Origin: Octopus sinensis
Taxonomy: Eukaryota
Direction: 5' to 3'
DNA: 64,000 nucleotides
Assembly (NCBI RefSeq): GCF_006345805.1
Contig: NC_042999.1
Location: 17,174,001 to 17,238,000, forward strand
The notes beneath the pieces are model-generated. The model did no database searches and was not told the origin of the DNA. It was given only the letters and a program-made list of their open reading frames with translations. How positions within the stretch are numbered: the first letter of the stretch is position 1; every line of letters starts with the position of its first letter. The position numbers were made by a program, and so were the translations under genes. Shown here one piece after another: positions 1 through 15,323 of this stretch.

Positions 1-335
1 CTGAAATAACAACGTATACAAAAATGCAGCTCGCGAGTTCCAGAATTTTGAATTCTATTGGATAGTGATCTCCACAACACCTTCCCAGCGAAAATGATGC
101 AACGCTACAAGAATCAACAATAAAGACTTTCTAGGTTTGGGTGTTCTTTTGGATCGTCGAGAGTTGTCATGTTTATACTCTGGTACAAGCAGTTTCGTTT
201 TGGATAGGAGTGGTCTGGTCTGTCTCTGAGACTGTGGCACTTCTTCCAGGATTTCCATTGGATGAGATGTTGGAAGCTAGGAAATATTACCAGTCTTATC
301 GTCAGGTTCGCAGTCCCCTGCAGAAGTGTAGAAAG

Positions 336-430
336 ATAGATAGATAAATAGATAGATAGATCGATATATATATATATATAATATATATATATATATGTAT
401 ATATTATATATATATATATATATATTATAT

Positions 431-467
<37 letters not shown>

Positions 468-520
468 TATAGATAGATAGATAGATATAGATAGATAGAT
501 AGATAGATAGATAGATTGAT
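336..520. repeat. (GATA)n/(TA)n/(GA)n compound microsatellite
   Basis: Direct inspection. Confidence 0.95.
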
Positions 521-2639
521 AGGCCTCCAAATGGCAATCTCTGTGTATGTTCTTGTAAAACATTGAAAACTGCATTATTTACTTTGAGAGAAACTCTTAT
601 ATGGATGCAGGCTGCATGAAAGCAAATATTTATACAGTTGTCAGACGATAACTGTTTGCTACGGACGCTAAAACTGAGAGATCACAGGATTTTCACATAC
701 TAGGTGTCTCCTCTGTGACAGACATCCGGCAGCCGCTAATAGCCGAATCCCACTGCCAATGATATTTAGAATTTCAGTGTCTTTACAGGTTCGGACGAGT
801 TTAAAAGACATAAGGTTCGTAAAAATAAACTTAATACAGGAGCAGTATTAACTTTATATCTTTATATCTTTATATCTAACTTAAATTGGTTAAATACCAC
901 GTTATTTGCCGAGATGACTTTCCATAATGATGCATGGTGCATAAAAGCACACACATGTATATCGTTGGCGCCCGTAGCAGACGAGAATTTTCTGCCAACG
1001 ATATAAATACGAGTACTTTTATATACCATGCGTCCGTATGGAAGTTCCTCTTAAGGTAATTAACGCGCTGTTCATTGTTCTTAAAAAACATCCCCGTTAG
1101 TTAGAGTGTAGAGATTGTATGGTGGTATTAATACTACTTCTGTCACTAATAACCACATGCTTTCATATTCTTTCCTTCTATCAAATTCATACAAATTACA
1201 TTACTCGACTCGGGCTTTTTATTCCCACTAGAGCTAAACCCGAAACCTCACAGCCATGCTTGCGTCTCTCAACGTCTGAATACAACAATATTTTTCGTAA
1301 ATTTCTAGAATGTGAATTATATATAAATCCACACTCTTTTGTCAATTGTTACCAACAATGTCTACGCGGTAGATACGAATATTTCATTACTTTACACCAG
1401 GGAACCTTTTAATACATGCCGCTCAGTACAATTATATCAGCTAGAATGCTGTGTATGTTGTTTTCTATCACAGCTGCTTATAAAGCAACGATAAATGACA
1501 GTATATATTTGGTCATATAGCGAATACCTAAAAGTACATAATTCTAGAAATCATTTATTAATATATAATATATTTAGCTTTCACCTTATGATATAAGGTA
1601 TAATTTTAACATCAATAATGTATCTCAGACAAAATTGCAATCTCCATAAATACCGTATACTTCTCGCTTTTATAACACTTTCCAATTCTGGCATATAATA
1701 TACACACATTAAATATATCTGTATATGTAACATGTGTACGTGTGAGTGTGTGCATATCTGTGAGTCTGTAAATGGCTGCAGAGAGACGGAGAGTGTGTTA
1801 AAAGCTGAAGTGTATATATAATGCAGTAAGAGTGAGAATATATTGAGGAAAGACAGGTGTAGATTGCATTGTTAGAATTTACTTCATATTACAAGCTAGT
1901 TTAATTGATGGTTGAAGGGATTATTTTCTTCTGAATTTTGATCCCCCATAGACTATACACATAGTGTGTGTGTGTGAGTGCTAGTTTATGTGAGTGTGTG
2001 TGTGTGTATATGTGCGTTTGTGCATCGAACATTTCTAAAATAGATTATATACTTTCTATAACCAATGGGCATATTTAATATCTATATATCGTTTTCCTAG
2101 ATATAGAAGAATTAGATTTTCAATGATGCCCCCAAAGAAAGAAATGGCTTCTGGACAAAGCTCTGAAATTTAACATCAATACAATCAATAATACCACAGG
2201 CGTTTGTGCGGTGATATTTCCGTATTTTCAATAGTTTTCTTCCGGTGATACATATTGAACTTGTTATAAAGGATGAATCGATAAATAAGAAGAATTCCTT
2301 TTTAATTCTCTCACACAATACGTCGACAGATTAATTGCTTCGCATGCATTTAATTGGAATTCTCGCCCGCATTTCATTCTATAATTCCGATTCCAAAGGC
2401 GGATGTCATATTTCGCTCTCGTATCCGATAAGAACAGATAACTATAATGCCATATCTAGATATTTAATAGCAACAATCCATTGGGAAACTATGTTGAGAT
2501 GTAATGATTCTTTTGTTTGTAAGTAATGCTATCATGAAGCACTTGGTCTTAGATAATACACGTGCGTAAAGGTCAAATGCAACCCGGATTAAGTGATTGA
2601 AAATATATGTGTGTGTGTTTATACATACATATATATGTT

Positions 2640-2688
<49 letters not shown>

Positions 2689-3108
2689 ATGATATATATC
2701 AATCTCTCTCTGGAACACACACATATACAAGTGCGTCTGTGTGTACATCCATACTTAGATTAATACTGATGATTCAAAATGATTCCTCGACATGAAATAA
2801 TAAAAGACGAGAGCTATGGTGGGACAACAAGTCTGGTTTAAATATAAATTCGTGCTTAAGTACATGATATGTTCAATAGATGTTTGGGTTTTAAAACGAC
2901 AGTGAGTATAGCTTTTAATTAAAACAGTGTTCGAGTGCTATAAATATCAGTCTGTGTTCAACTCGGTTTGTGTGTGTGATATAAAACTTGTTTATCTATA
3001 TATAAGAATATATATACGTACGTACATACATATAGATAATCATGTACGTATAGACACAAATACATACATACAAACACAAAACACGTATATATATATATAT
3101 ATATATCA

Positions 3109-3390
3109 CTGTGAGTGCTTATTGAGTGAAAACACCTAATGCTCCAAGTTGTTCCGGCAAGGGGGGGGCGAACCCTGCTGTTCTCTTTCCCTACCAGTTT
3201 CTCTAACTCTTTCTTCCTGTTTCTTTTGTACCTGTATCTCAAAGGGGCCAGTCTTGTCACACTCTGTGTCATGCTGAATTTCCACGAGAACAACGTTATG
3301 TGTACACGTGTCTGTGGAGTGCTCAGCCACTTGCACACTAATTGCACGAGCAGGTTGTTCCGTTGATCGGATCATCTGGAACCCTCGCTA
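3109..3390 (+). mobile_element. SINE family C, 5'-truncated
   Basis: Body and tail similar to the 28601 copy. Confidence 0.75.
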
Positions 3391-3650
3391 GGGAATGTGC
3401 AGGGAGGAAGTAATAGAGGATGGTAGGAGGAAACAAATGAAATTTAAGGATGAGGTTGAAAGGAATTTATAGTGAAGAAGTAATGTTCATTTCATAAAGG
3501 GATCGTATATTTGCCTTGGGTTCAGTCAGATTTCGTATTAAAGTGTATATATTGCTGTTAACAACTAAGAAATTGGTTCCTAAAAGGAATTGACAGCTGA
3601 AAGACATTATCGAAATATATAGATTCGTAAAGGGGTCTCATGAGCAAAGT

Positions 3651-4028
3651 TTTACTCTTTTACTTGTTTCAGTCATTTGACTGCGGCCATGCTGAAGCAC
3701 CGCCTTTAGTCGAGGAAATCGACCCCAGGAATTATTCTTTGTAAGCCTAGTACTTATTCTGTCGGTCTCTTTTGCCGAAACGCTAAGTTACGGGGACGTA
3801 AACACACAAGCATCTGTTGTCAACACACAACACACACACACGTATGTATAGATATACATATATACGACGGACTTCATTTAGTTTCCGTCTACCAAATCCA
3901 CTCACAAGCCTTTGGTCGGCCCGAAGCTATAGTAGAAGACATTTGCCCAGTGGGCCACGGAGTGACACTGAACCCGGAACCATGTGGTTGGTAAGCAACC
4001 TACTTTCCACACAGCCACTCCTGAGCCT
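3651..4028 (-). mobile_element. tRNA-derived SINE family A (CORE-like domain, internal TA/CA microsatellite)
   Basis: Reverse complement of the family head GGAGTGGCTGTGTGG...GGTTCCGGGTTCAGT and tail GACTGAAACAAGTAAAAGAGTA. Confidence 0.85.
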
Positions 4029-4365
4029 ATGTATATCAACTAATCTAACGCCTCCATAATTATTCTAATAGAGAACCAAAACCAGAAATTTTCAAGGAGA
4101 AGCCGAGTTGCTTACATTTACTTTAGTAATTAACTGTTGCGTATTTTATCGATACCGCATAGGGGAATGTGAATGCCGATTTCGGCTAACTTAAACTCAA
4201 AACACGAAGAAAGATGAAACACGGCTAAGCATTTTGTCTGTCGCGGTAATGATTCCACCGATCCAAGGCCTGACCATCACTATAATAATCTGTCTACCTC
4301 ACGCGCGATTACATGTACCCCAGTGTTCAACTGGTGTTTATTTTACTGGCGAATACTTCCGCTAA

Positions 4366-4509
4366 ACAATTGCAGCTTGGAAGGTGTTTATAAGCCATTT
4401 AAGAAACACAAAAACCGTTAGATTCAATTCAACATTTAAATTTAATTTGCTAAAATAATTTCGTCGCTTTAAGACAGCGATCTGTTCACTGACAAAATTC
4501 CATGCTGTT

Positions 4510-4540
<31 letters not shown>

Positions 4541-4742
4541 TGCGGAGATGTACTTGCATAGCGAATGACTTGATCTGAGATCGTGTGCTGGAACGAAAAC
4601 AATTGCAGCGTGGAAGGTGTTTATAAGCCATTTAAGAAACACACAAAAACCGCTAGATTCACTTCAACATTTAAATTTAATTTGCTAAAATTTTCGTCGC
4701 TTTGAGACGGCGACCTGTTCACTGACAAAATTCTATGCTGTT

Positions 4743-4774
<32 letters not shown>

Positions 4775-5097
4775 ATATAATATATATATATGGCGGAGAT
4801 GTACTTGCATAGCGAGTGACTTGATCTGAGATCGTGTGCTGGAACGAAAACAATTGCAGCATGGAAGGTGTTTATAAGCCATTTCAGAAACACACAAAAA
4901 TCGTTAGATTCACTTCAACATTTAAATTTAATTTGCCAAAATATATTCATCGCTTTGGGACCGTGACCTGTTCACTGACAAAATTCCGTGTTTTTGCATG
5001 TTTCTTAAATGTCTTATAAACACCTTCCACGCTGCGATTTTTTTCGCTCCAGCATACGATCGCAGTTAAGGTCACTTGCTATGCAAGTACATCCCCG
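4366..5097 (-). mobile_element. Tandem + inverted array of ~200-bp units separated by (TA)n, each with a hammerhead-like motif
   Basis: Units ~4366-4510, 4543-4743 and 4794-4990, then an inverted partial copy ~4989-5097. Confidence 0.75.
4681..4731 (-). ncRNA. Hammerhead-like motif with G3-C8 core variant
   Basis: Minus strand: ttttgtca GTGAACA G GTCGC cgtctcaaa GCGAC GAAA atttt agcaaa. Related copies have the GTGAACA core at 4483-4489 and 4969-4975. Confidence 0.55.
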
Positions 5098-5759
5098 TAA
5101 GATAACACAAAAGCAAGTGAAACGCGGCATATAACTAAGGTTCATGGTGCATCGCTCAGCAGTGCGTTAAACGCACTCAAGAGAAACTGGATGACTGAGA
5201 CAAAACTGCAATAACACTAATTTAGGAAGCTGATACTAAAGAACCGTAGAATTCAATGTTATAGTAATTCTAATATTAGAGAACGTTGCCAGAAATGTTA
5301 TCGTACGTTGTTAAATTTTGCTTTCAAAGAAACACATGGGGTAAATATTATAGAGACGATACGGGGTAGAGTGCCACATCGTAAATCATAGAAATTTGGA
5401 GTAAAATATATGGACACGAGCTCCTATACGGAAATCAATTGAGCAGAACAATATTTTCATAAAAATATATATCGAAGATATATATTCTCAAGAAATTAGA
5501 TTAATTCAAACATCAAGTTTAAACATCCAAATAATGTTTGGCTATTAATTTGCGAAAAACTCTGCATCTTACTTTCCGTTTTGATTGAATCACGTCAACT
5601 TTATAAATAAATCAAATAAACCCAAAACAGTGATTCGGAATTCGCTTTGAGACCATTGAAGAATCAATAAATATATTTCAAATTTCGATTATATATTCTA
5701 CTGGAAACGTTATTCAAGTGCAAACACCGTATTGTTGGTAGAAATCTGCCGTTTATATG

Positions 5760-5765
5760 TAATAA

Positions 5766-5805
<40 letters not shown>

Positions 5806-5950
5806 CAATAATAATAATAGTAATAATAATAATAGTAATAGTAATAATAATAATAATAATAGTAATAATAAAAATAAGATAATACTAATAATAAAAATAA
5901 CAATAATAATGATAATAATAATCATAAAGATCTTAATAATAATAATAGTA

Positions 5951-5992
<42 letters not shown>

Positions 5993-6390
5993 GTGACGAT
6001 GATGATAATAATAATAATAATAATAACAATAATAATAATAATAATAATAATATTAATAATAACAATAATAATAATAATAAGAAGAAGAAGAATAATCATA
6101 GTAATAATAATAATAGTAATAGTAATACTACTACTACTAATGATAATAATAGTAATCATAGTAATAATAATAATAGTAATACTACTACTACAACTACTAC
6201 TACTAATTATAATAATAATATTAATAATAGTAATACTAATAGTAATAATAATAATATTAATAATAATGATAATAATAATAATTATAATAGTATTGATAAT
6301 GGTAATAATAATAATAATATAATAATAATAATAATAATAATAATATAATAATAATAATAATAATGATGATAATAATAACACTGATGATAA
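5760..6390. repeat. Long degenerate (AAT)n microsatellite
   Basis: Direct inspection. Confidence 0.97.
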
Positions 6391-6910
6391 CTACTTGGCA
6401 AATGATATTTTGAATTAAACTCTAAAATATGAATTCCATGCAGCCTTCAACGTAACGCTACGACGTAATGTTTTTCTTATCTTTTCATCAAAATAACAAC
6501 AGTTGGTACCGTTATGGTTAAACATCTCTGGTGAGCCAAGGAACAGTCTTTGTAAAGCAAAACAGAAAAGTTCTAGTAAATAAGCAACAACTGGCGTGCT
6601 CAACATAAATTATCTCAAGTGAAACAACTTTTTTTTTTACATATATATACTTATTAAATCTTAAGTCTCGTACTAAGTAACTTAAATATTTATCTATGAT
6701 CGCCTTTCATCTTCATCTTTTCATTTAGCAGATGCTAGTAAACTCTGCAGTAAACCCCAAACTTTCGCACGCACGCATATTCAAACACTTATAAACACCA
6801 CACACACACACACACACATAGAAGAACTCGCGATCATACGCATATACACACATTTATACACATAATGCGAACAACTATCTACCCGTCTTTCCCTTTCTGT
6901 TCACTATCTT

Positions 6911-7380
<470 letters not shown>

Positions 7381-7913
7381 AACGCAGTTGCAGGTATAAG
7401 TGTGTGTCGATGTAAGAATATATATATATGTATATACACTTGTAAACATGTTATTTCTCGAAAAGAGGGGAAAAAAATTATAATGAGAAAACATTTGAAT
7501 AGTGAAAAATTTAATAATCATCAGATACAATTAAATTTTGAAATAAAATTTCAGTTGTTGATGTTTATAGCGATTTACACAATACTTGTCTTTACGACCG
7601 CCGGCCAAATTAAACTGAATTCATAAACTGACAAAAAAGCTATATAAAAACGAGATAAATTAAGAAAACGACAAAAAAGAAAGTAGACATAGATTATATC
7701 AAACGATGATTGAAACGTTTGATGTAAGTATCAGACGATATAGTTTTTTTATATTCTCGATTCTGTGCTGTTTTTGATTGTCATACGAGACAACAGTAAC
7801 AGCATCAACATTAGCCTGAAAACAACAATATCAACCAAAGTAGAAAACACCTATCGCTTAAATATATCAAAAGAAATTTTTTTTTGTAAAATATTTCTCG
7901 ATTTGTTATAGAA

Positions 7914-7989
<76 letters not shown>

Positions 7990-8257
7990 ATATTATATAT
8001 ATATATGTGTGTGTGTGTGTGGGTGTATTTATATATGACGTTTGTTTATTTATGTAAATATAAATACGTGTGTGTATAAAGCTTGAACAGTCGCTGCAGA
8101 CAGGCAAATATCTGTTTAGAATTTGGATCAGTCTCCTTTAATCTTGCTTATATCTTTACATATGTAAATGTGTACAATTGCGAATGCGCTTCAGAACCAA
8201 TCAATATCCATCAGTATTACTAAATACATGCAGATGGAACTTATATATATATATATA

Positions 8258-8302
<45 letters not shown>

Positions 8303-8933
8303 ATGGTATGTATTTGTATGTATGTATGTATGTATGTATGTATGTATGTATGTATTTATGTATGTATGTATGTATGTATGTATGTATGTATGTGTGCGTG
8401 TGCGTATATCTGTGTTTCCGTGTATATGCATGTGTGTCAGTTTGATTTATAAGTTTCTTTCGTAGAATACGTTATCCTAATTCTTCAGGACAAGTTTTTT
8501 ACTGCAATACTTCGCTGAAGCCTATTCTTTGGAACACCGATTGAAGAAATAATAGTTTTATTCTTCGGTACAAAAAAAATGTAAGTATTGCATATCCTTC
8601 ATACTTCAATCCTTGATAATCATACGTACTTTTCATTTGTTAATTAAAGTGACCTCGTCACAAGCTAATATATCATATGATAAAATAAAAACTGTTCTTT
8701 GTTACAATACATATTATATTTTGTGCATCTCTGTGAGTGCCTTTCTTTGCATATAATTTTTGTGATTTCTCGTTTGTTGTGTCTATGGAATGGAACAAGA
8801 TTTTTCCAAGCAATGTTATATATCAATGAATTTGAAGGTTTCTCATTTTACAGTTATTTACTTGGAATTTAAAAAGTGAATGTTTCGTAATAACGAATAA
8901 AGAAAAAGTGAACGAATATAAATGCCCGACAAA

Positions 8934-9430
8934 GGTATGGCTGTGTGTTTCGGAATTTTACTTCGTAATTATGTAGTTTGAGGTTCAATCTCACTCTCCT
9001 GCATGCTGGGCAAATGTCTTCTGCTATACCGCTGAGGTGACCAAAGCTTTGTGATTGAATATGTGTATTTGGTTGACAGAAACTGTGTGGTTGTCCGTCG
9101 CACGCACATACACACACAAACGCATGAGGTATAGTTTCATGTATATGTATATATGTATACATATATAGATTGTGTGTGTGTGTGTGTGTGTGTGGTCTAT
9201 ATATATTTATGTATGTATGTGTGATTGTAGTTGAATTCGTTCCCCTCCCACTGCTAAGGAATCACTGTTGGTTTGTTTACGTTCGTCTGATAATATCATT
9301 TCAGCGAAAGAGTACAAGAGTAGATAAAAAAGATTTAAATTTTAAGTAATTACTGGGATCACTTCATACGGTTAAAACAAGGATGTAATTATCCAGCATG
9401 GTCGCAATTCAAGAACTGACCGCGTGAAAC
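8934..9430 (+). mobile_element. SINE family A, old diverged copy
   Basis: Degenerate head, GGGCAAATGTCTTC core, CCAGCATGGTCGCA tail. Confidence 0.65.
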
Positions 9431-9568
9431 AATTACCAGCGTTAAACGTATTACTGATGAAAGCCACAGATTATCTGCAGTTAGCAATCTCTGTTGTAAT
9501 CCATGTAGCCTTCATATGGGAAATATAGTTGGGCAGGTGAAAAATACTTCACGTTGCTTAATCTAGAA

Positions 9569-9899
9569 CAGGCCTGGCCAAATCGAATTACATCGACGAT
9601 CATTTTAATCACAGAAAAATGTTTGTGGGCCTCTTGTATACTGACAGAATTGAAAGCATTTTGCTTTCTCATGCTTTTATTCCAATAATGAATAAATTAC
9701 CGTTGTATAAACATGAATTTTTAACGTTGCAAAACCAGTAGTATCTTTCTTTTTTTACTTTTCATTGCAATCTTTAATTTTTGATAAATTAAAAAAAAAT
9801 TTTGTTTAAATAAACGCATCTCAAGAAAGTATCAAGCAGGCTGCAAGATTAAGTCTGCGGGCTGCATGCAACCCTCGGGTTTCCGGTTCGCCAGCCCTG
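9569..9899. mobile_element. Non-autonomous hAT (Charlie-like) element
   Basis: Ends CAGGCCTGGCCAA and TTCGCCAGCCCTG; left flank ATCTAGAA fits the NTCTAGAN target; right TSD is degenerate. Confidence 0.55.
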
Positions 9900-10097
9900 A
9901 TGAGAACTTCATCTGGCGCACTTGGGAGTTCAATAAAAGTTTTATAGGACGACAAGATACGTTGTCTATGGTTTGCATAAGTTTTATTGTTTGCATACAG
10001 TTAATCAATTAGATATCACCTAAGACTGGGAGTTTCGAGTCACTCAAAAGAATATTGTTTTCAGTTTGAAATGAAACATATTTTTGAGATATTCCTA

Positions 10098-10322
10098 TAC
10101 TGCCCACAAAGGGCTACACACAGATGGGACAAACAAGGACAGACAAAGGGATTAACTCGATTGTATCGACCCCATTGCGTAACTGGTACTTATTGAAACG
10201 ACCCCGAATGGATGAAAGGCAAAGTCGACCTCGGCTGAATTTGAACTCAGAACGTAGCGACGGATGAAATATTGCTAAGCATTTCGCCCGGCGTGCTAAC
10301 ATTTCTGCCAGCTCGCCTCCTT
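10098..10322 (-). mobile_element. SINE family B (tRNA-like head, Deu/Nin-like central domain)
   Basis: Reverse complement of GGCGAGCTGGCAGAAA..GAGTTCAAATTC..GTCGACTTTGCCTTTCATCC..GGGGTCG..AAGTACCAG..GCCC(C)TTGTGGG. Confidence 0.8.
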
Positions 10323-11210
10323 GACAGAATATCTCAAATATGTAAGTATATATAGTAGAAAATATATCTTAACTGCGAAGATTTTTTCGATGTAGATTCT
10401 AACTCAACTTACTCGAACAGTTCTGTGGTTAACTCTGCCTCACCCTTGATCATCCTCTCTTTTTTTACAGCTATTGTTCAGAAACCTACAATATACAATT
10501 AGCCTTAGAGTTCGTTATATGTTACAGTATGAGAAGTGAGTGACTTAGCTGATATTTGTAGCATGATGACCGACCACTGTGACAAGCCGTCATTACCACA
10601 ATCATCTACGGTGGTTGCTTGTGTTATTTAACCATGATCCAACAAAGGTGTAACCAAAGAATATTCTAGTGTAACTATTCACATTTTTTATACACCCATA
10701 ACTAAAATAGAGCTTCCACATTATGTCTTCAATTAAGATTGTGTAAACTAGTTTTATATTAGATATAGCTCATATGTTATAAGTATTTTGAGCTGCCACA
10801 TAAAGACAACTTGAACAGTTGCAAGGAAATATAAATTTATAGCCTGTTTGATTTCTTTGATTGCTTAAAGATTGAAATATCTAAAAACTGTGAATATTTC
10901 TCAAAAACAATTCAATTATAGGGCAAATGCTAGATATATTTGTGTGGAATTTTGGCACAAGGCAAGCAAAGTTCGAAGAAGGGAGGTAAGTCGATCACAT
11001 CGACCCAGTGCGCAATCGACCCCGAAAAGATGAAAGACAAATTCGCCCTCAGCAGAATTTGAACTTAGAATGTAAAGTCGGATGAAATATCGCTAAGCAT
11101 TTTCTTTTCTGCTCTAGACACAAGGCCCTAAATTTTGGGGGAGGGATTCAGTCAATTAAATCGACCCCAGTACGCAACATTTATTTAATTTATCAACCAC
11201 AAAAGGATAG

Positions 11211-11299
<89 letters not shown>

Positions 11300-11473
11300 T
11301 TGTGTGTGTGTTTGTGTGTGTATATGTATATATATCGGGTACGTATATTTTCTCTCATAACTTATGCGGTAAGGCGTAACACCCGATAGAATAGGTACCA
11401 GACATACGTATTGGCGTGGATGTGCTCAAATCGGCACCCCAGCATGGCCGCAGTCTAATCAGGGAAACGAAAA

Positions 11474-11514
<41 letters not shown>

Positions 11515-11596
11515 CGCATATATATATTTATACATAGATATACATATATATACATACATACACTATACACATACATATATACATATATTTACACAT

Positions 11597-11707
<111 letters not shown>

Positions 11708-11759
11708 TACATTCACACATCCATACGCGTTATATATTTGGAAGTGTGTATACTGTATT

Positions 11760-12074
11760 ATATCACCGTGATCACCGTGAGCGACTAGGCTATCGGATGT
11801 TGCTACACATCGCTGATCACAATGCGCTTGGCATTGTTTTAGCCTTCAAATGACTCCACCCTGCTGGCTAAGCAAGAAGGCCAACAGAAGAAAGAGTGAG
11901 AGAAAGTTGTGGCGAAAGAGTACAGTAGGTATCGCCACCACTCCTTGCCGGAGCCTCATGGAGCTTTAGGTGTTTTCGCTCAATAAACACTCACAATGCC
12001 CGGTCTGGTAATCGAAAACGCGATCCTACAACCGCGAGTCCACTGCCCTAACCGCTGGGCCATTGCGCCCCCAC
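11760..12074 (-). mobile_element. SINE family C head with alternative tail 2
   Basis: Head and body as family C up to ACTTTCTCTCACTCT, then ...GAAGGCTAAAACAATGC...CACGGTGATCACGGTGATA. Confidence 0.8.
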
Positions 12075-12529
12075 ACTGTATAATATAAACTTCCTAATAT
12101 TGCTAATCAATATCGTTGCATGATATAAGTACATCTATACATATGTATTACATAACATGTAGTCATATAAATGTTTAACTTCCAATAACAGTTTTCGATA
12201 TTCCGAAAACGATTTGCTTGAAGAAATTTCGCAGCAAAAATCTATCCACGCTTGGTATATCTTCATTTAGTAAAATAGGTGAAGAATATGCATTCACAAA
12301 TATTGCAAAATATACAATTGATTCTAAGCATGTTTCTTTCCTTTTAGAACTAAATATATTTAGGAACGTTTAATAGATATTTTGTAAAAATATTTGTACA
12401 TATTGTTTATTACTGAACACGTTTCATACGTTAGTTTTCCATTCACATTAAATATCACGTTGAGAATCAGAAAACAAAAACAAAATAAAAACCCACAATA
12501 ACGAAACGCTGTATGAAGGCAACAAAATC

Positions 12530-12667
12530 AAAAACAACAACAACAACAATTATAATGATAATAATAATAATAATAACAATAATAATAATGATAATAATAA
12601 TAATAATGATAATCATAATAATAATAATGATATAATAATAATAATGATAATCATAATAATAATAATG

Positions 12668-12704
<37 letters not shown>

Positions 12705-12756
12705 AATAATAATAATGATAAAATAATAATAATTGATAATCATAATAATAATAATG

Positions 12757-12787
<31 letters not shown>

Positions 12788-12837
12788 TAATAATAATGAT
12801 AATAATAATAATAATGATAATCATAATAATAATAATG

Positions 12838-12874
<37 letters not shown>

Positions 12875-12961
12875 TAATAATAATGATAATAATAATAATA
12901 ATGATAATCATAATAATAATAATGTAATAATAATAATAATGATAACATAATAATAATAATG

Positions 12962-13012
<51 letters not shown>

Positions 13013-13385
13013 GAATATAACGTAACTAAATATAATGGAAACAGTGGTAATAATATAACAGCAGTAATTATAACAATATTGACAATAACATAAACAATTA
13101 TATTAACGAGAAAAATAACAACAACCTCAACAACAGCAGCAACAACAACAACAACAACAATAATAATAATAATGATAATGATGATAATAATAATAATAAT
13201 GAGGATGATGATGATGATGATGATAATAATAATAATAATGATAATAATAATGGTGATGGTGATGATGATAACAATACTATTACTACTACTACTACTCTTA
13301 CTACTACTACTACTACTGCTACTAATTTTTACTACTACTACTAATAATAAAAATAATAATAATAATAATATTAATAATATTAATA
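12530..13385. repeat. Long compound (AAT/GAT/AAC/ACT)n microsatellite
   Basis: Direct inspection; higher-order ~90-bp periodicity at 12550-12920. Confidence 0.97.
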
Positions 13386-13833
13386 GAATTAATCCGTTCC
13401 AGTAAACACGATGAAATTATTCAGTAAAGCTCTGACTGATTACGCAGCCGAGTATGACGAAAGGAATAACGAAGAAGATTCTCAAACGGAAATTTCTGCT
13501 GAATACGCCTTTTGCTATGAAAGCAATACGTTAGAACAAAGAAAGCTGTGAATATCATATCCTTCATTGAAATTCTGCCCAGGAATAAGACGTGAATGCC
13601 GTTGACTGATAGGGTTCCAAATTTCCTAAAAACATAAAATCTTATCTCCCCTCCTATTCCCTAGGTCTCTTACCCCTTCTTTCTTGGTTTACGTTTCCTC
13701 GATGTATATATGTTTGTCTGGATGTATATAGTGTAGATGTAATTATATATACTCGTTTGACTTACTTGCATGCATCTATGAGATTTTATGTCCGTGCGAG
13801 GATATGTCGAGTCTTGTATATGATATATATATT

Positions 13834-13893
<60 letters not shown>

Positions 13894-14009
13894 CTACACA
13901 CACAAACATATATATTCAAATTTACATTTATATATGTACTCATATACATACATATATACATATATATACATATATATATGTATATATACTCACATACATA
14001 CATATATAT

Positions 14010-14288
14010 CATCATTATCATCATCATTTAACGTTCACTTTCCTTGCTAGCATGGGTTAGATGATTTGACTGTGGACAGATGGCTGATCACGCTAGAATC
14101 TGATCTGGCAGAATTTTTACAGCTGGATGCCCTTCCTGACGTCAACCACTCCGAGAGTGTAGTGAGTGCTTTTACGTCCACCGACACTAGGGCCAGTCAA
14201 GCGGTACTGGCAATGACCACACTCAAATGGTGTTTTTCACGTGCCACAGGCACGCTCGAAGGGTGGTTTTTACGTGCCACAGGCACGG
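14010..14288 (-). mobile_element. 3' fragment of an RTE-type SINE/LINE with (GAT)n tail
   Basis: (CAT)n followed by TTTAACGTTCACTTTCC...TTTTTACAGCTGGATGCCCTTCCTGACG on the plus strand. Confidence 0.55.
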
Positions 14289-14303
14289 ATATATGCATTT
14301 ATG

Positions 14304-14390
<87 letters not shown>

Positions 14391-14628
14391 GTATATATGC
14401 GGCAATAAAAATAAATATATAAATATATATACTCAATGACTCATATAGGCTTATATACATGTGGATATAAATATGCCTAAAAGTGTATTTATTTAGTTAT
14501 CTTAATATATATATATATCAACCAACATATTTCTCTCGTTCTCTCTCTCTTTACATAACCCCCTCCTCTCTGTCTCTGTGTCTCTATTTCTGTCTCTGTC
14601 TGTCTGTGTCTCTCTCTCTCTCTCTCTC

Positions 14629-14681
<53 letters not shown>

Positions 14682-15251
14682 TTATATATATGTATATATA
14701 TCTTCTTGAATGTATATGCACGTCGTTAATTCTTGGTCTGTTCTTCTAATGGGAATAGAGATAAAGAAAATAATGACGAAATTGAATTTATACCAAACAC
14801 ATACATACACTCCGACCCCAACACCCATATAACGTAGCAACTATTTGAAAACCGAAAAGGCTACATCTGATCCTCACTCACGCTGTCTCTAACATTTTCT
14901 TTCATTTATAAATAAACCTATAAAAGTGTATGATAAATGAATTCCAGAGAATATTTGAAGTTCTAACACATTTTACGATACATCAATATCTCCAATTAGG
15001 GGATTCTTTCCTTCCAAAATAAATATTTGATGAGCTTGCACCGGATTACGTCTGCAGTAATCGTATCCTTTAATGAGTATTCTTTCTGACAAACGACCAT
15101 AATGCTATTTTCACTCTGTATATATTGGATACGTCTAGAGAGACATTCAGGATATTTGACTCAGTCAGCTCATAGAACATACATAGAAATTATTGATTTC
15201 CTACGTAGGCAAAATGCCACACGTTTGTTGGCAACACACACACACACACAC

Positions 15252-15323
<72 letters not shown>

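Noticed and set aside
1-12. Minus-strand ...GTTATTTCAG at the window edge, resembling a splice acceptor
   Set aside because: Any exon would lie outside the window, and the motif alone is not evidence.
5710-6381. Long poly-Ile/Asn ORFs, and the many YIYI, LSIY and CVCV ORFs across the window
   Set aside because: They are translations of (AAT)n, (TA)n, (TATC)n and (TG)n microsatellites with no protein-like composition.
13409-13549. 46-codon ORF MKLFSKALTDYAAEYDER...
   Set aside because: It is short, has no recognisable motif and has no splice or expression support.
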